Position numbers and translations under genes: made by a program. Positions 1 to 9,618 of a DNA stretch of 64,000 bases are shown here, piece after piece. The stretch comes from an uncultured Acidobacteriota bacterium (GTDB lineage: Bacteria > Acidobacteriota > Thermoanaerobaculia > Multivoradales > JAHEKO01), in contig CAVQNG010000003.1 of assembly GCA_963713825.1 (NCBI GenBank), positions 192,001 through 256,000 on the forward strand. The letters run 5' to 3'. The stretch's first letter is position 1. Every line of letters starts with the position of its first letter. The notes under the pieces were generated by a model that had not been told where the DNA came from, searched no databases, and saw only the letters and a program-made list of their open reading frames with translations.

Positions 1-2
1 GC

Positions 3-1100
3 CCCGCCGGCGAGGGCCCGGATCCCGCGAGCCTCACCGAGGTGCCTATCGGATGGTTCGGACCCTCCGACCCTGCACAACCTCTGTATGGCGACCTCTG
101 GACGGCAACATCTCTTGCTGTCGAGGAGGTGAACGAGGCAGGCGGTCTAGACGGGCTTCCCGTCCGGCTCATACCGCGATGGTCGGAGAATCCCTGGGGC
201 ACAGGTGTCGGACAGATCGCCCGCATGGTTCACGAGGACCAGGTGCTGGCGATTCTCGGTTCCGTGGATGGCCCAGGAACCCACCTCGCCGAGCAGGTCG
301 TGGTGAAGGCCCGGCTCCCCCTGGTCAGCCCGGTCAGTACCGACGAGTCAGTGAACCTGGCAGGGGTACCCTGGATGTTCTCGGTCGCGCCGGGAGACCA
401 CCTCTGGGCTCCCTTGGTGGCAAGCGGAATGCTCGAGATGATCGGCGACGGGAACTTCGCTTTGCTGGCGACCACCGACCACGACTCCCGCCTGGCCGCG
501 AAAGAGCTCGTCGGAGCCCTGGCTGCCCTCGAACGTGGCCCGGCCCTGCGTATCGACCTGCAGCCGGGTACCATGGACCTGAGCACCTCGCTGGGGCGAA
601 TCGGAGACGACTCCCCTTCGGCCGCGCTGGTCATCGCTTCGGCACCGGACAGTGCCACTCTGATACGCGCTCTTCGGCAGCGCGGCTTTGCCGGCCCGAT
701 CTTCGGCGGACCGCAGCTCGGACGCCGCCTCTTCATGGCGTCGGCTGGAGCGGCAGCCGAGGGTGTGACTCTTCCCCTGCTCTTCGACTCTACAGATCAG
801 GCTAGCGAAGCCGCCAAGTTCGCCCAGAGATTTCAGGCTCGAACCGGATTCCCGCCTGATTGGGCCGCGGCGCACACCTACGACGCGACTCGGCTGCTGC
901 TCGAATCGATCCGCCGAGCGGGCCTGAGTCGCGCTGCGATTCGCCAGGCCCTGGTCGAGCTCTCCCCTTGGCATGGAGTCGTCGGACTCATCGAGTGGGA
1001 CCCGACCGGCCAAAGCCTCCGACCGGTGACCCGACTTGCAATGATTCGGCAAGGCAACATCGTTCCCATGCCGGATCCCCGAAATCCCAGGACCGACTAG
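3..1100 (+). CDS. Branched-chain amino acid-type (LivJ/PBP1) ABC substrate-binding protein, 5'-partial
   Basis: Frame is open from the window edge. Motifs 'LAVEEVNEAGGLDGLPVRL' and 'AAHTYDA..LL..SI..AG' are typical of type I periplasmic binding proteins. Confidence 0.8.
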   Translation, partial: PAGEGPDPASLTEVPIGWFGPSDPAQPLYGDLWTATSLAVEEVNEAGGLDGLPVRLIPRWSENPWGTGVGQIARMVHEDQVLAILGSVDGPGTHLAEQVVVKARLPLVSPVSTDESVNLAGVPWMFSVAPGDHLWAPLVASGMLEMIGDGNFALLATTDHDSRLAAKELVGALAALERGPALRIDLQPGTMDLSTSLGRIGDDSPSAALVIASAPDSATLIRALRQRGFAGPIFGGPQLGRRLFMASAGAAAEGVTLPLLFDSTDQASEAAKFAQRFQARTGFPPDWAAAHTYDATRLLLESIRRAGLSRAAIRQALVELSPWHGVVGLIEWDPTGQSLRPVTRLAMIRQGNIVPMPDPRNPRTD

Positions 1101-1115
1101 GGTAGGATTACCTGA

Positions 1116-2327
1116 ATGTTCACTGGAGGTGTACCCCAAGATCCGACCACTACGGGTGTTTCTTTCGCCGACTTGGGATTGACCGAACCCATCGTACGTT
1201 CGCTCGACTCCTTCGGCTTCGAGCACCCAACCCCGATCCAGGAACAGGTGATCCCAAAAGCGCTGGCAGGCCTCGATGTCATCGGCCTGGCACAGACTGG
1301 CTCCGGCAAGACCGGCGCCTTCGGGCTGCCAATCGCCGAGCACTTGATCCACGGCAAGGGGGTCCGGGGACTGATTCTCTGTCCGACCCGGGAGATCGCT
1401 CTTCAGACTCAGTCATTTCTCGAGGTCGTAGGCAAGGATCACAAGCTCAGCACCGTCTGCTTGATCGGCGGCGTCAAATTGGGGCCACAGATCGACGATC
1501 TGCGGAAACAGCCGGACATCGTCGTTGCAACCCCGGGCCGCCTGTGGGACCACTTCCAGCGGAGAAACCTGAATCTCGATCGCATCGAGAAATTGGTCCT
1601 CGACGAGGCGGATCACATGCTCGACCTCGGTTTCTTGCCGCAGATTTTGCGCGTCTTCGAAGCCGTTCCCGAAGATAGGCAGACCATGATGTTCTCGGCC
1701 ACCATGCACTCGACCGTCGAGAACCTGGCTCGACGGTTCATGCGAGAACCGGTGCGTGTCGATCTACGCCCCGACATGCGCACGGCTGAAGGCATCGAGC
1801 ACCGCCTCTATCTCGTCGAGCCCGAAGAGACGAAAGCCTGCCTGCTGGCTCTCGCAGCCGAAGAGAAGGGCAGCATGCTCGTGTTTCTCCGACGCAAAGT
1901 GGACGCTGAGTGGGCCACCAAGCAGCTGGAGAAAGAAGGCCATCCGGTGGAGCGCATCCACTCCGATCGGACCCAGAAGCAGAGAGTCGCCGCCCTCGAG
2001 GGACTGCGTGAAGGCGAGCACCGGATCCTGCTCGCCACCGACATTGCGGCACGGGGAATCGACATCCCCATCATCGAGCACATCGTCAACTACGGGGTGC
2101 CGGACTCGGTAGAGGACTACATTCACCGGGCCGGCCGCACGGCCCGCGGTGCGATGAAAGGTACGGTTTCGACGATCGCCACATGGCAGAACAAGGAAGA
2201 CATTCGCCGCATCGAGAAGGCGATCGGCAGTCCGCTGCCACGCTGTACCGCCGAAGGTGTCGATCCCTACGTCGAACGCAAGACCACGATCCGCGGCCGC
2301 CAGAAAATCCGCCGAAGACTCACCTAG
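1116..2327 (+). CDS. DEAD-box ATP-dependent RNA helicase (RhlE-like)
   Basis: Q motif PTPIQ, AQTGSGKT, PTREIA, TPGRL, DEAD, SAT, ARGID and HRAGRTAR are all present. Confidence 0.95.
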   Translation: MFTGGVPQDPTTTGVSFADLGLTEPIVRSLDSFGFEHPTPIQEQVIPKALAGLDVIGLAQTGSGKTGAFGLPIAEHLIHGKGVRGLILCPTREIALQTQSFLEVVGKDHKLSTVCLIGGVKLGPQIDDLRKQPDIVVATPGRLWDHFQRRNLNLDRIEKLVLDEADHMLDLGFLPQILRVFEAVPEDRQTMMFSATMHSTVENLARRFMREPVRVDLRPDMRTAEGIEHRLYLVEPEETKACLLALAAEEKGSMLVFLRRKVDAEWATKQLEKEGHPVERIHSDRTQKQRVAALEGLREGEHRILLATDIAARGIDIPIIEHIVNYGVPDSVEDYIHRAGRTARGAMKGTVSTIATWQNKEDIRRIEKAIGSPLPRCTAEGVDPYVERKTTIRGRQKIRRRLT

Positions 2328-2333
2328 CCAGCG

Positions 2334-2357
2334 TTGCCGCAGGCACCGCTGCGGCAA
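2334..2357 (+). terminator. Hairpin just after the helicase stop (possible terminator, no U-tract)
   Basis: TTGCCGCAG-N6-CTGCGGCAA perfect 9-bp stem. Confidence 0.4.
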
Positions 2358-2465
2358 TGAGACCTCGAGGGTTGAGGCGCCCAGCAGTTCTGCCGGGCGT
2401 TCTTTCTCTTGGGGCTTGGGGATTGAATTGTTCGGACTTCGTCAGTCCGGTCTTTAGGGGGAGTG

Positions 2466-2671
2466 AGGCTCGTCCGGGTGGTTCGCAGGCGGACGGCGTC
2501 GGCTTTGTAGGGGAGCCCCTTGCGGGCTCCCGCGGGAGGGGGCAAGCCCCTCCCCTACATTGAGGTGGGCCGCCACCTTGTCTCGTCATCGCGCCCCATC
2601 TGCTGTGCTCTATGAAGGACCTTGCGCCGCGCTCGACTCGGCGCCCCCTGTCGAACCACCCGGACGAACCT
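2466..2671. mobile_element. MITE-like element (module M), copy 1
   Basis: Imperfect terminal inverted repeats AGGCTCGTCCGGGTGGTTCG-CAGG ... CCTG-TCGAACCACCCGGACGAACCT. Homologous copy at 36714-36875. Confidence 0.6.
2506..2559. repeat. GTAG-family REP doublet (REPIN-like)
   Basis: TGTAG-GGGAGCCC-CTTGC-GGGCTCCC is followed by an inverted arm reading TGTAG-GGGAGGGG-CTTGC-CCCCTCCC on the minus strand. Confidence 0.75.
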
Positions 2672-2940
2672 ATGGCACCGGTGAGGGTAGTAGGGCTTAG
2701 GGGCTTAAGGGCGTAGGGGGTGAGTCAGCAATCCGAAGCTTGCTGTGTCTCGAAGGTTGTAGATCGGGCCATGGGTCTCCCTCGTCGGAGGGGCATGGTC
2801 GGGTGAGGCCGCAGACGAGGGAGATCCCTGGTTCGATCGGCCGGCTCGACCCCCAGGCCCTCAAAGACCGCCTGGCGCAAAGCGCTGGGCGCCTCAACCC
2901 CAAGCCCTCAAGGATCGGCTAGGAGGTACGACCGGACGCC

Positions 2941-4017
2941 TCAACCCACAGGTACTTCAGCGCGCTCCGCGCCGAAGTACCTGCGCCGGAAGTAAAGCGA
3001 GACATTGACGAGGCCGATCAGCACCGGGACCTCGACCAGGGGACCGATAACCGCTGCAAAAGCGGCTCCGGAGCCGATTCCGAACACTGCCACAGCCACA
3101 GCAATCGCCAGTTCGAAATTGTTCGATGCCGCAGTGAAGGAGAGCGTTGCCGTCTTGCTGTAGTCGGCGCCGATCTTGTATCCCAACCAGAAGCTGATCA
3201 GGAACATGACGACGAAGTAGATCAGCAGCGGCACGGCGATGCGCAACACATCACCAGGAATGCGAACGATCTGGTCGCCCTTGAGGCTGAACATCACCAG
3301 AATCGTGAAGAGCAGAGCGATCAGGGTGATGGGAGAGATCTTCGGAATGAAGACACTCTCATACCAGTCGCGTCCCTTGGTCTTGACCAGGACCAGACGC
3401 GTCAGCATGCCGGCCAGGAACGGAATCCCCAGATAGATGAAGACGCTTCTGGCGATCTGACCCATGCTGATGTCGACGATCGATCCCTCCAACCCGAACA
3501 GCGGCGGTAGCTTGGTGATGAAGATCCAGGCGTAAAGGCTGTAGAAGAGAACCTGGAAGACACTGTTGAAGGCCACTAATCCAGCGGCGTACTCCGAATC
3601 ACCGTCCGCCAGCTCGTTCCAAACGATCACCATGGCGATGCAGCGAGCCAGGCCGATCAGGATCAGGCCGACCATGTACTCCGGTTGGTCCCGCAAGAAC
3701 AGGATCGCCAGCCCGAACATCAAGATAGGACCGATGATCCAGTTCTGGACGAGAGACAGGCCCAGGATCCGCCAGTTGCGAAAGACGTCGGGCAGCTCCT
3801 CGTAGCGCACCTTCGCCAGGGGCGGGTACATCATCAGAATCAGACCGATGGCGATCGGCAGGTTCGTCGTGCCCACCGTGAACCGACCCCAAAAATCGGC
3901 CACGCCGGCCCACAAGGCCCCCAGCGCTACGCCGATCCCCATGGCCCCGAAGATCCACAGCGTCAGGTACCGATCCAGTAGGGAGAGCTGCTTCGAAACG
4001 CCTTCGTGAGTCGTCAT
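2941..4017 (-). CDS. acr3: ACR3-family arsenite efflux transporter
   Basis: '[10 protein letters not shown]', '[15 protein letters not shown]', 'GLARCIAMV', '[11 protein letters not shown]', 'GPLVEVPV'. Confidence 0.95.
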   Translation of the reverse strand: MTTHEGVSKQLSLLDRYLTLWIFGAMGIGVALGALWAGVADFWGRFTVGTTNLPIAIGLILMMYPPLAKVRYEELPDVFRNWRILGLSLVQNWIIGPILMFGLAILFLRDQPEYMVGLILIGLARCIAMVIVWNELADGDSEYAAGLVAFNSVFQVLFYSLYAWIFITKLPPLFGLEGSIVDISMGQIARSVFIYLGIPFLAGMLTRLVLVKTKGRDWYESVFIPKISPITLIALLFTILVMFSLKGDQIVRIPGDVLRIAVPLLIYFVVMFLISFWLGYKIGADYSKTATLSFTAASNNFELAIAVAVAVFGIGSGAAFAAVIGPLVEVPVLIGLVNVSLYFRRRYFGAERAEVPVG

Positions 4018-4475
4018 TGCGCTGCATCCTCCAAGGCCACGCTGTCAGGTAGACCTTCAACCAACTCGCGGATCTGATCCCGAATCCGCCGATAGTGACT
4101 CAACGCCTCCTCCTCGGAGGCAGCCGCCTCAGCCAACTTCGGAGGATCCTCGAACCCCCGGTGGACGATCCGCGCCCGGCCAGGAAATACCGGACAGCTC
4201 TCATGCGCCCCATCGCAAACCGTTACGACATAGTCGATCTCGAGGTCGAGCAGCTCCTCCACCGCCTTGGAGCGCTGCTCGGAGATGTCCACTCCGACCT
4301 CCCGCATCACCTCGACGGCTCGACGATCCAGCGACTTCGGTCGGGTTCCAGCCGACCAGGTTTCGACGGCGTCTCCCCGTAAATGCCGGGTCCACGCTTC
4401 GGCCATCTGACTACGGCAGGAGTTCCCGGTACACAGATAGAGGACCTTCAGCTTCGATTGCAAGGCGTCTCCCAA
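4014..4475 (-). CDS. arsC: Arsenate reductase (thioredoxin-coupled, LMW-PTP fold)
   Basis: [13 protein letters not shown]-loop, 'TVC..A.ESCP' and 'EDP'; overlaps the acr3 start by 4 nt. Confidence 0.92.
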   Translation of the reverse strand: MGDALQSKLKVLYLCTGNSCRSQMAEAWTRHLRGDAVETWSAGTRPKSLDRRAVEVMREVGVDISEQRSKAVEELLDLEIDYVVTVCDGAHESCPVFPGRARIVHRGFEDPPKLAEAAASEEEALSHYRRIRDQIRELVEGLPDSVALEDAAQ

Positions 4476-4604
4476 CGGACCCGTCGATCATAGACGGGAG
4501 ATCGAAGGGCAACAAGCGCGCCAGCCACCCATCGTCTCGATCGGCTGACATGCTAGGGTGCCTGCGCTCCATCTCAGAAGTACCCCTCGGCCGAGAACCC
4601 ACCC

Positions 4605-5282
4605 ATGCGACCGTTCGAGACCCTGCACAGCACCCGAACCCCGGACGGCACGGTTCTCTCATTGCACCGCCGCGACGGTGACTACTTCATTCATCTCGAC
4701 GGCGAAGAGCTGATGTCGACGCGGCGCACTGGGTCGGAATCCGCCTTGGCAACCCTGGCCTGTCAGGAAGTGCGCGAGCGCAAGAATCCTCGCATCCTCA
4801 TCGGTGGGCTCGGGTTCGGCTACACGCTGCGCGCCGCATTGGAGATCCTTCCGTCCCGGGCCGAGGTGGTCGTCGCGGAGATCTACCCTGCGGTCGTGGA
4901 GTGGAACCGCGAGCGGCTGGAGCTCCTACACCGACGAGCACTCGAAGACAAACGTGTGCTGATCCGCAACGCCAACGTCTGGGATCTGCTCGACGAGACC
5001 CAAACATTCGACGCCATCCTGCTCGACGTGGACAACGGTCCTTCGGCATGGTGCCTGAGCTCCAACAGCCGACTCTACGATCGCCCGGGCCTGCAGAGAA
5101 TTCGAGCCGCATTGACTCCTGGAGGTGTCCTGGCGGTCTGGTCAGCCTATACGGATGCCGCCTTCGTGAAGCGTTTGGGAAAGAGCGGCTTCACGGCCAG
5201 AGTCGAACGCGTCCGGGATCATCAACGCAAAGGTGCTCAGCACACGATCTTTCTTGCTCAGAAAAAGCCTGAGAAATCCTGA
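4605..5282 (+). CDS. Spermidine synthase-like SAM-dependent methyltransferase-fold protein
   Basis: 'ILIGGLGFGYT', 'FDAILLDVDNGP', 'L.PGGVLAVWS'. Confidence 0.8.
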   Translation: MRPFETLHSTRTPDGTVLSLHRRDGDYFIHLDGEELMSTRRTGSESALATLACQEVRERKNPRILIGGLGFGYTLRAALEILPSRAEVVVAEIYPAVVEWNRERLELLHRRALEDKRVLIRNANVWDLLDETQTFDAILLDVDNGPSAWCLSSNSRLYDRPGLQRIRAALTPGGVLAVWSAYTDAAFVKRLGKSGFTARVERVRDHQRKGAQHTIFLAQKKPEKS

Positions 5283-5291
5283 GACCGACCA

Positions 5292-6734
5292 TCAGCGCCC
5301 TGCAGGTTCCTCGTCGGGCGACGGGGACCACTCACTTCTTGCATCTTCCTCTCGGACCAGTCCGTTCTGCAGCTGTAGCCACCGCATGTACTGCAGGGGA
5401 TAGCCGGGATAGTAGCCCAGGTACTCGCGCTCCTGTTCAGCAGAATCCTCCACCACGAGCATGCCGTGCTCGATACCCGGGAACACCTCGTATTCGATCG
5501 GTGCACCTTCGTCGATCAGGCCTTCGAGAACCTCGACACTCCAAGGGGTCGGAGCGCTGGAATCGTCGCCCGCAAACAGCCACAAGCTGGGTATCTCGAG
5601 GTCCCGAATCGTCGCCTCGGGATCGTAGAGGCGGTCGATGACACCAAAGACCACTTCGAAACCCACCAGCTTGTCGAACCACTCCCAGACCCACAAAGGC
5701 ACTGGCGACGAGGCCAGATAGCCCACTGTTGAATCGCTCTTCGCAACGGTTGGGAACCAGGGCTCATCCTTCGCCTTTGCGACAGCCGCCCTCAGCCCTG
5801 GGTAGGCACTCTGGTCACGCTCATCGACAATCCTGGACGCGAACTCGTTGATGGCATCGACTTCGGCAATCTCGCGTTCGCCAAAGCCCTCGTGTCGCAG
5901 AGACCAGACATATCCCCAGCGATCTTCGTCGAAGATCGGCCGTGCCACTCCGTAATTGACAACGATGGTATTGACCTCGGCTCCAAGGGCAGCCGCCATG
6001 GGGGCGATCCAACCACCCTGGCTGAAGCCGACCAGGCCGATTCGAGCCGGGTCCACCTCGGGCCGTGTTCTCAGAAATTCCACAGCCGCTTTGACGTCCC
6101 CAGCCAGGTCTGGGAAGTTCTGGGAGTACTTGCCCTCCGACTCGCCGGTACCCCTCTTGTCGAAGACGAATCCCGCCATGCCGTGCGCCGCAGCCAGATA
6201 GGGAAGGCGATACTCGTAGACCGCTCGGTCCCTGCCTGAGCCATGCACGGCCACCTGGGCCGGAACCGGACCGTCCGTTTCTTCGGGCAACACGAGCAAG
6301 CCCCTGAGCATGAGATCTCCCGAGGGGAAGTAGACTTCACTCTCTCGGAAAGGAAGTCGCGCGATTTCGATCTCTTCACCGTCCTCTGGCTTCCAGGTCA
6401 GGGCCGTCACATCCCCTTCCGGGCCGCGCAGCACCTCGCCTCGAAGTGTCACCGGTTCCCTGCTGCTCCATCCTTCGCCCGACTCGAACTGATCGATGTC
6501 CGTCATGAACAGGGTCCGGGTCTGCCCGCTCTCCGGGCTCATCACGCGGACGGTATCCGCGCCGTTGACAACCAGGATCAGCAAGTCGTCATCAGGAGTC
6601 CGGTAGGCACCGGCCAGAGGGTCGGCCAGGTTCGGTCCCTCGGGCCAGAAGTACCAGAGCAACCCAACGGCCACGAGGAGCACCACGCCCGCCAGAAGAA
6701 TCCCGAGCCACTTCATCAGTCGACGCAACGCCAT
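5292..6734 (-). CDS. Membrane-anchored alpha/beta hydrolase (S9/S15/S33-like)
   Basis: N-terminal TM segment, 'VHGSG', 'DKRGTGES' and nucleophile motif GFSQGG. Confidence 0.8.
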   Translation of the reverse strand: MALRRLMKWLGILLAGVVLLVAVGLLWYFWPEGPNLADPLAGAYRTPDDDLLILVVNGADTVRVMSPESGQTRTLFMTDIDQFESGEGWSSREPVTLRGEVLRGPEGDVTALTWKPEDGEEIEIARLPFRESEVYFPSGDLMLRGLLVLPEETDGPVPAQVAVHGSGRDRAVYEYRLPYLAAAHGMAGFVFDKRGTGESEGKYSQNFPDLAGDVKAAVEFLRTRPEVDPARIGLVGFSQGGWIAPMAAALGAEVNTIVVNYGVARPIFDEDRWGYVWSLRHEGFGEREIAEVDAINEFASRIVDERDQSAYPGLRAAVAKAKDEPWFPTVAKSDSTVGYLASSPVPLWVWEWFDKLVGFEVVFGVIDRLYDPEATIRDLEIPSLWLFAGDDSSAPTPWSVEVLEGLIDEGAPIEYEVFPGIEHGMLVVEDSAEQEREYLGYYPGYPLQYMRWLQLQNGLVREEDARSEWSPSPDEEPAGR

Positions 6735-6750
6735 TTCCGACCTTCCTTCC

Positions 6751-8070
6751 TTATCTCGTCAAGCGGTAAACGAGGACAGCCACGCGTTTCGTATTGACAG
6801 CGAGTGTCGTCAGATCGACGTGCTCGTCCACCGTGTGCCCCTTCCAGCCGACAGGCCCCAGACCGGCCAGGCCGGCCTCCACGTCCGCCGCCACGAAGGA
6901 AATATCGGCCGCTCCCCTCTCACCCGGGTCGAGGACTTCGAGCTCGCCGAAGCCCAGGTCACGACTGACACTTTCGAACTCGGTCAGGAGGTCGTGGTTG
7001 CCCGGCGAAGGGAACATGGCTGGATACCCGTCTTCGAAGCTGATCTCGGCCTCGGCTCCCGGCAGCGATAGAGCCACGATGGCCCGCATCGCCTCCCTTG
7101 TCCTCTCCTTCTGCTCTTCCGACAAGAACCGTAGGTCACCGTGCACGACAGCGTTCTCAGCGATGATGTTGGTCTTGCCGAAAGCCGTCCCTCGATTGGC
7201 CTGCGGGTCGTAGTCGATCGCGGTGCCACCCAGGATGACTCCCGGATTGAAGGTCAGATACTGCTCGCCACGAATCTGTGAGTAGAAGGCGTCGAGAATC
7301 CGACTCGCCTCGAAGATGGCTCCTGCACCGTTGCTGTCGTCGAAGATCCCAGAGGAGTGGGCCCGTTTCGCGGTCACCCGCAGGGTCCAGAAACTGGCCC
7401 CTCGGCGGGCGATCGTGGCCGTACTTATGTCTCTCACCCCCGCCTCGAAACCCAGTGCGATGTCGCTGCGGCGCCCCGCCTCGATCAGATCTTGGCGCGA
7501 TACCGCCACCGGCTTGCCGGGGTTTTCCTCGTCTCCCGTGAGGGCCACGATGATCTGGGTGTTGTCGAGGGCGCCGGCGTCGCGCAGAGCCTTCAGCGCG
7601 AAGAGGATCACCAGATTGCCCCCCTTCATGTCCTCCGTGCCCGGTCCGTAGCCAATGCCGCCTTCGCGACGGAAATGCTGAAACGGACTATCGGGCTCGA
7701 ACACGGTGTCCAGATGCCCGATCATGAGGATTCGCTTGCCGCGATTCCCTTGCAACTCCGCGAACAGATGATCACCCCGCTCCAGCTCCGCAGGTTGCTC
7801 GATCCATCGAGTCGCAAAACCCAGAGCTCCCAGCTCACGCTCGAAATAGGCACCGACCCGCCGGATGCCCTCGGGGTTCATGGTGCCGCTGTTGATGTTG
7901 ACGAGCTGTTCGAGGGCAGCGATGGCCTCTTCACTTCGCTTGTCCACAGCTTCGACGATCCTCGCCTCGGTCGGATCCAGACTGGCAGCGAGAGTTGGCG
8001 ACAATGCAAAGAGAAGCAACAGTATGACGGCCGCAGTGAGACCGCTGACAGGTCTTCTTCTCATCGGCAT
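6751..8070 (-). CDS. Secreted M20-family metallopeptidase (glutamate carboxypeptidase-like)
   Basis: Signal peptide, 'GHLDTV', 'DMKGG', 'GDEE', 'GHTVDE'. Confidence 0.9.
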   Translation of the reverse strand: MPMRRRPVSGLTAAVILLLLFALSPTLAASLDPTEARIVEAVDKRSEEAIAALEQLVNINSGTMNPEGIRRVGAYFERELGALGFATRWIEQPAELERGDHLFAELQGNRGKRILMIGHLDTVFEPDSPFQHFRREGGIGYGPGTEDMKGGNLVILFALKALRDAGALDNTQIIVALTGDEENPGKPVAVSRQDLIEAGRRSDIALGFEAGVRDISTATIARRGASFWTLRVTAKRAHSSGIFDDSNGAGAIFEASRILDAFYSQIRGEQYLTFNPGVILGGTAIDYDPQANRGTAFGKTNIIAENAVVHGDLRFLSEEQKERTREAMRAIVALSLPGAEAEISFEDGYPAMFPSPGNHDLLTEFESVSRDLGFGELEVLDPGERGAADISFVAADVEAGLAGLGPVGWKGHTVDEHVDLTTLAVNTKRVAVLVYRLTR

Positions 8071-8115
8071 GAGGACCTCCCCTTTCCATCTCGACTGTTC
8101 AAATCCGGTATCCGC

Positions 8116-8853
8116 CTACGAGCCGGGGTACCACTCACGGAGTCGAATCTCGATCTCCGATTCGCCTTCCAGAGCAGTGCTGAACTGGCCGAGATCCGAG
8201 CCCCGATAGTGGTACGGATAGACAACTGCCGGTTGAAAGGCCTTGACGCACTCGGCCGCCTCTTTCGGTGTCATCGTATAGGGCAGATTCATCGGCACGA
8301 ACGCTACGGCGATATCGGTGAGCTGCTGCATTTCAGGAGTGCACGCAGTGTCCCCGGCGAGATAGAGACGCTTGCCTCCCATCGTCAGGACATAGCCGTT
8401 TCCCCGGCCCTTCTCATGAAAGAGCCCACCCTCCTCGGGCCCACGCTGCAAGTTATACATGGGGACCGCCTCGATCAGGATGCCGGCGAGCTCCTTGGTG
8501 TCGCCGTTGTCCATGACGGTCTCTCCCTCGACCTTGTCGGCCGCCGCAGCGGGCACGACGAGAACCGTCGAGCCCTTGCGAAGCTCGGCGATCATCTCGA
8601 CATCCAGGTGGTCACCGTGGATATCAGTGATCAAGATCAGGTCGGCCTTCGGCGCCTCGGAGTAGTCTCCCCGGCTCCAGGGATCGACGTAGATCACCGT
8701 GTCGCCATGCTCGATCTGAACGCTGCCATGCAAGATCGGCGTGATCCGGAGTTCTCCGCCCTCCGCCGCTACGCTATCCGCTGTTGCGGCGGCAAGCAGA
8801 CTCGCCACCAGAAGCAGGGCCGCTCCCACGACTGAAATTGTTTGCGCTTTCAC
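8116..8853 (-). CDS. Secreted MBL-fold metallo-hydrolase
   Basis: 'ITDIHGDHLD', 'YLAGDT', 'YPYHY'. GTG start at 8853 follows a GGAGG RBS and precedes a signal peptide. Confidence 0.85.
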   Translation of the reverse strand: MKAQTISVVGAALLLVASLLAAATADSVAAEGGELRITPILHGSVQIEHGDTVIYVDPWSRGDYSEAPKADLILITDIHGDHLDVEMIAELRKGSTVLVVPAAAADKVEGETVMDNGDTKELAGILIEAVPMYNLQRGPEEGGLFHEKGRGNGYVLTMGGKRLYLAGDTACTPEMQQLTDIAVAFVPMNLPYTMTPKEAAECVKAFQPAVVYPYHYRGSDLGQFSTALEGESEIEIRLREWYPGS

Positions 8854-9015
8854 ATCAACCTCCCGACACTGAATCACTTTCATGGACTTACGAAGAGAAT
8901 CATAGGCCATCAGGAAGAGATGAGCTGAGCGGCAATGCCCGCTGTATAGCGGGTACAGAGGTCGGCAGTGGCTTCGTCAACAGAACCAGGTCGCGTGGCG
9001 TCGTAGAATGATGGT

Positions 9016-9612
9016 GTGAGCGAGCTCCTGCAGGACCTGGATCTCGAGGAATCAGCCACCAACTCCGCACCCAAACCCAATCGCATCGAGCAGGTCATCG
9101 TCTTGCTCGCCGACGCGGTCTGGGCCGTGGTCGGACTGGTGCTGTGGATTCCGCAAATCGTCCGCGTGGTGATCACCACGGCGATCCGCCTGGTCCACTC
9201 AGCTCTCACTCGCCAGCCGATCGAAGCCATTCGGGGCCCAATTCGCCGCGTCAGCCGGTTCTACGTCGACGGTTTTCTGACCCCGGGAAGGTCCAGGGCT
9301 TCCGGAGCGTACGCCTCGCGCCAGCCCCGACTCGGCCGCTTCCTCGCTGAGGCGGTCTGGGTCATCGTCGTCTGGTTGCTGGTGCTCCGACTCGTGAGTC
9401 CGCAGATCTTCGACCAGGTCTGGAACGCCATCGCCTCCGTGGCCGCCAGTGCCTGGGGACTCCTGGTGGCTCTGGCACGCGACCTGGCGGCTCGGCTACC
9501 CGAAGGTTTCGGTGCCCTCATCGAGCTCGGCACGGCGCCTCGACTCATTTTGGGAATTCTGGTGATCCTGGTTTTCGTTGGCGGCTTGGTCCTGGGACTC
9601 CGGCGTCGCTGA
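9016..9612 (+). CDS. Hypothetical membrane protein
   Basis: 198-aa ORF with several hydrophobic segments that fills the gap between neighbours. Confidence 0.6.
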   Translation: MSELLQDLDLEESATNSAPKPNRIEQVIVLLADAVWAVVGLVLWIPQIVRVVITTAIRLVHSALTRQPIEAIRGPIRRVSRFYVDGFLTPGRSRASGAYASRQPRLGRFLAEAVWVIVVWLLVLRLVSPQIFDQVWNAIASVAASAWGLLVALARDLAARLPEGFGALIELGTAPRLILGILVILVFVGGLVLGLRRR

Positions 9613-9618
9613 GTCGCC

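Larger units (their letters stand above)
2369..2947. repeat. Composite intergenic mosaic repeat, locus A (X> / M with nested REP pair / octamers / Z / <X<X)
   Basis: Its modules recur at 23839-23964, 27761-27915, 36651-37042 and 40226-40400. Confidence 0.85.

Noticed and set aside
4605-5282. Arsenite methyltransferase ArsM next to the ars genes
   Set aside because: Motifs are spermidine-synthase-like and the ArsM cysteine pattern is absent.
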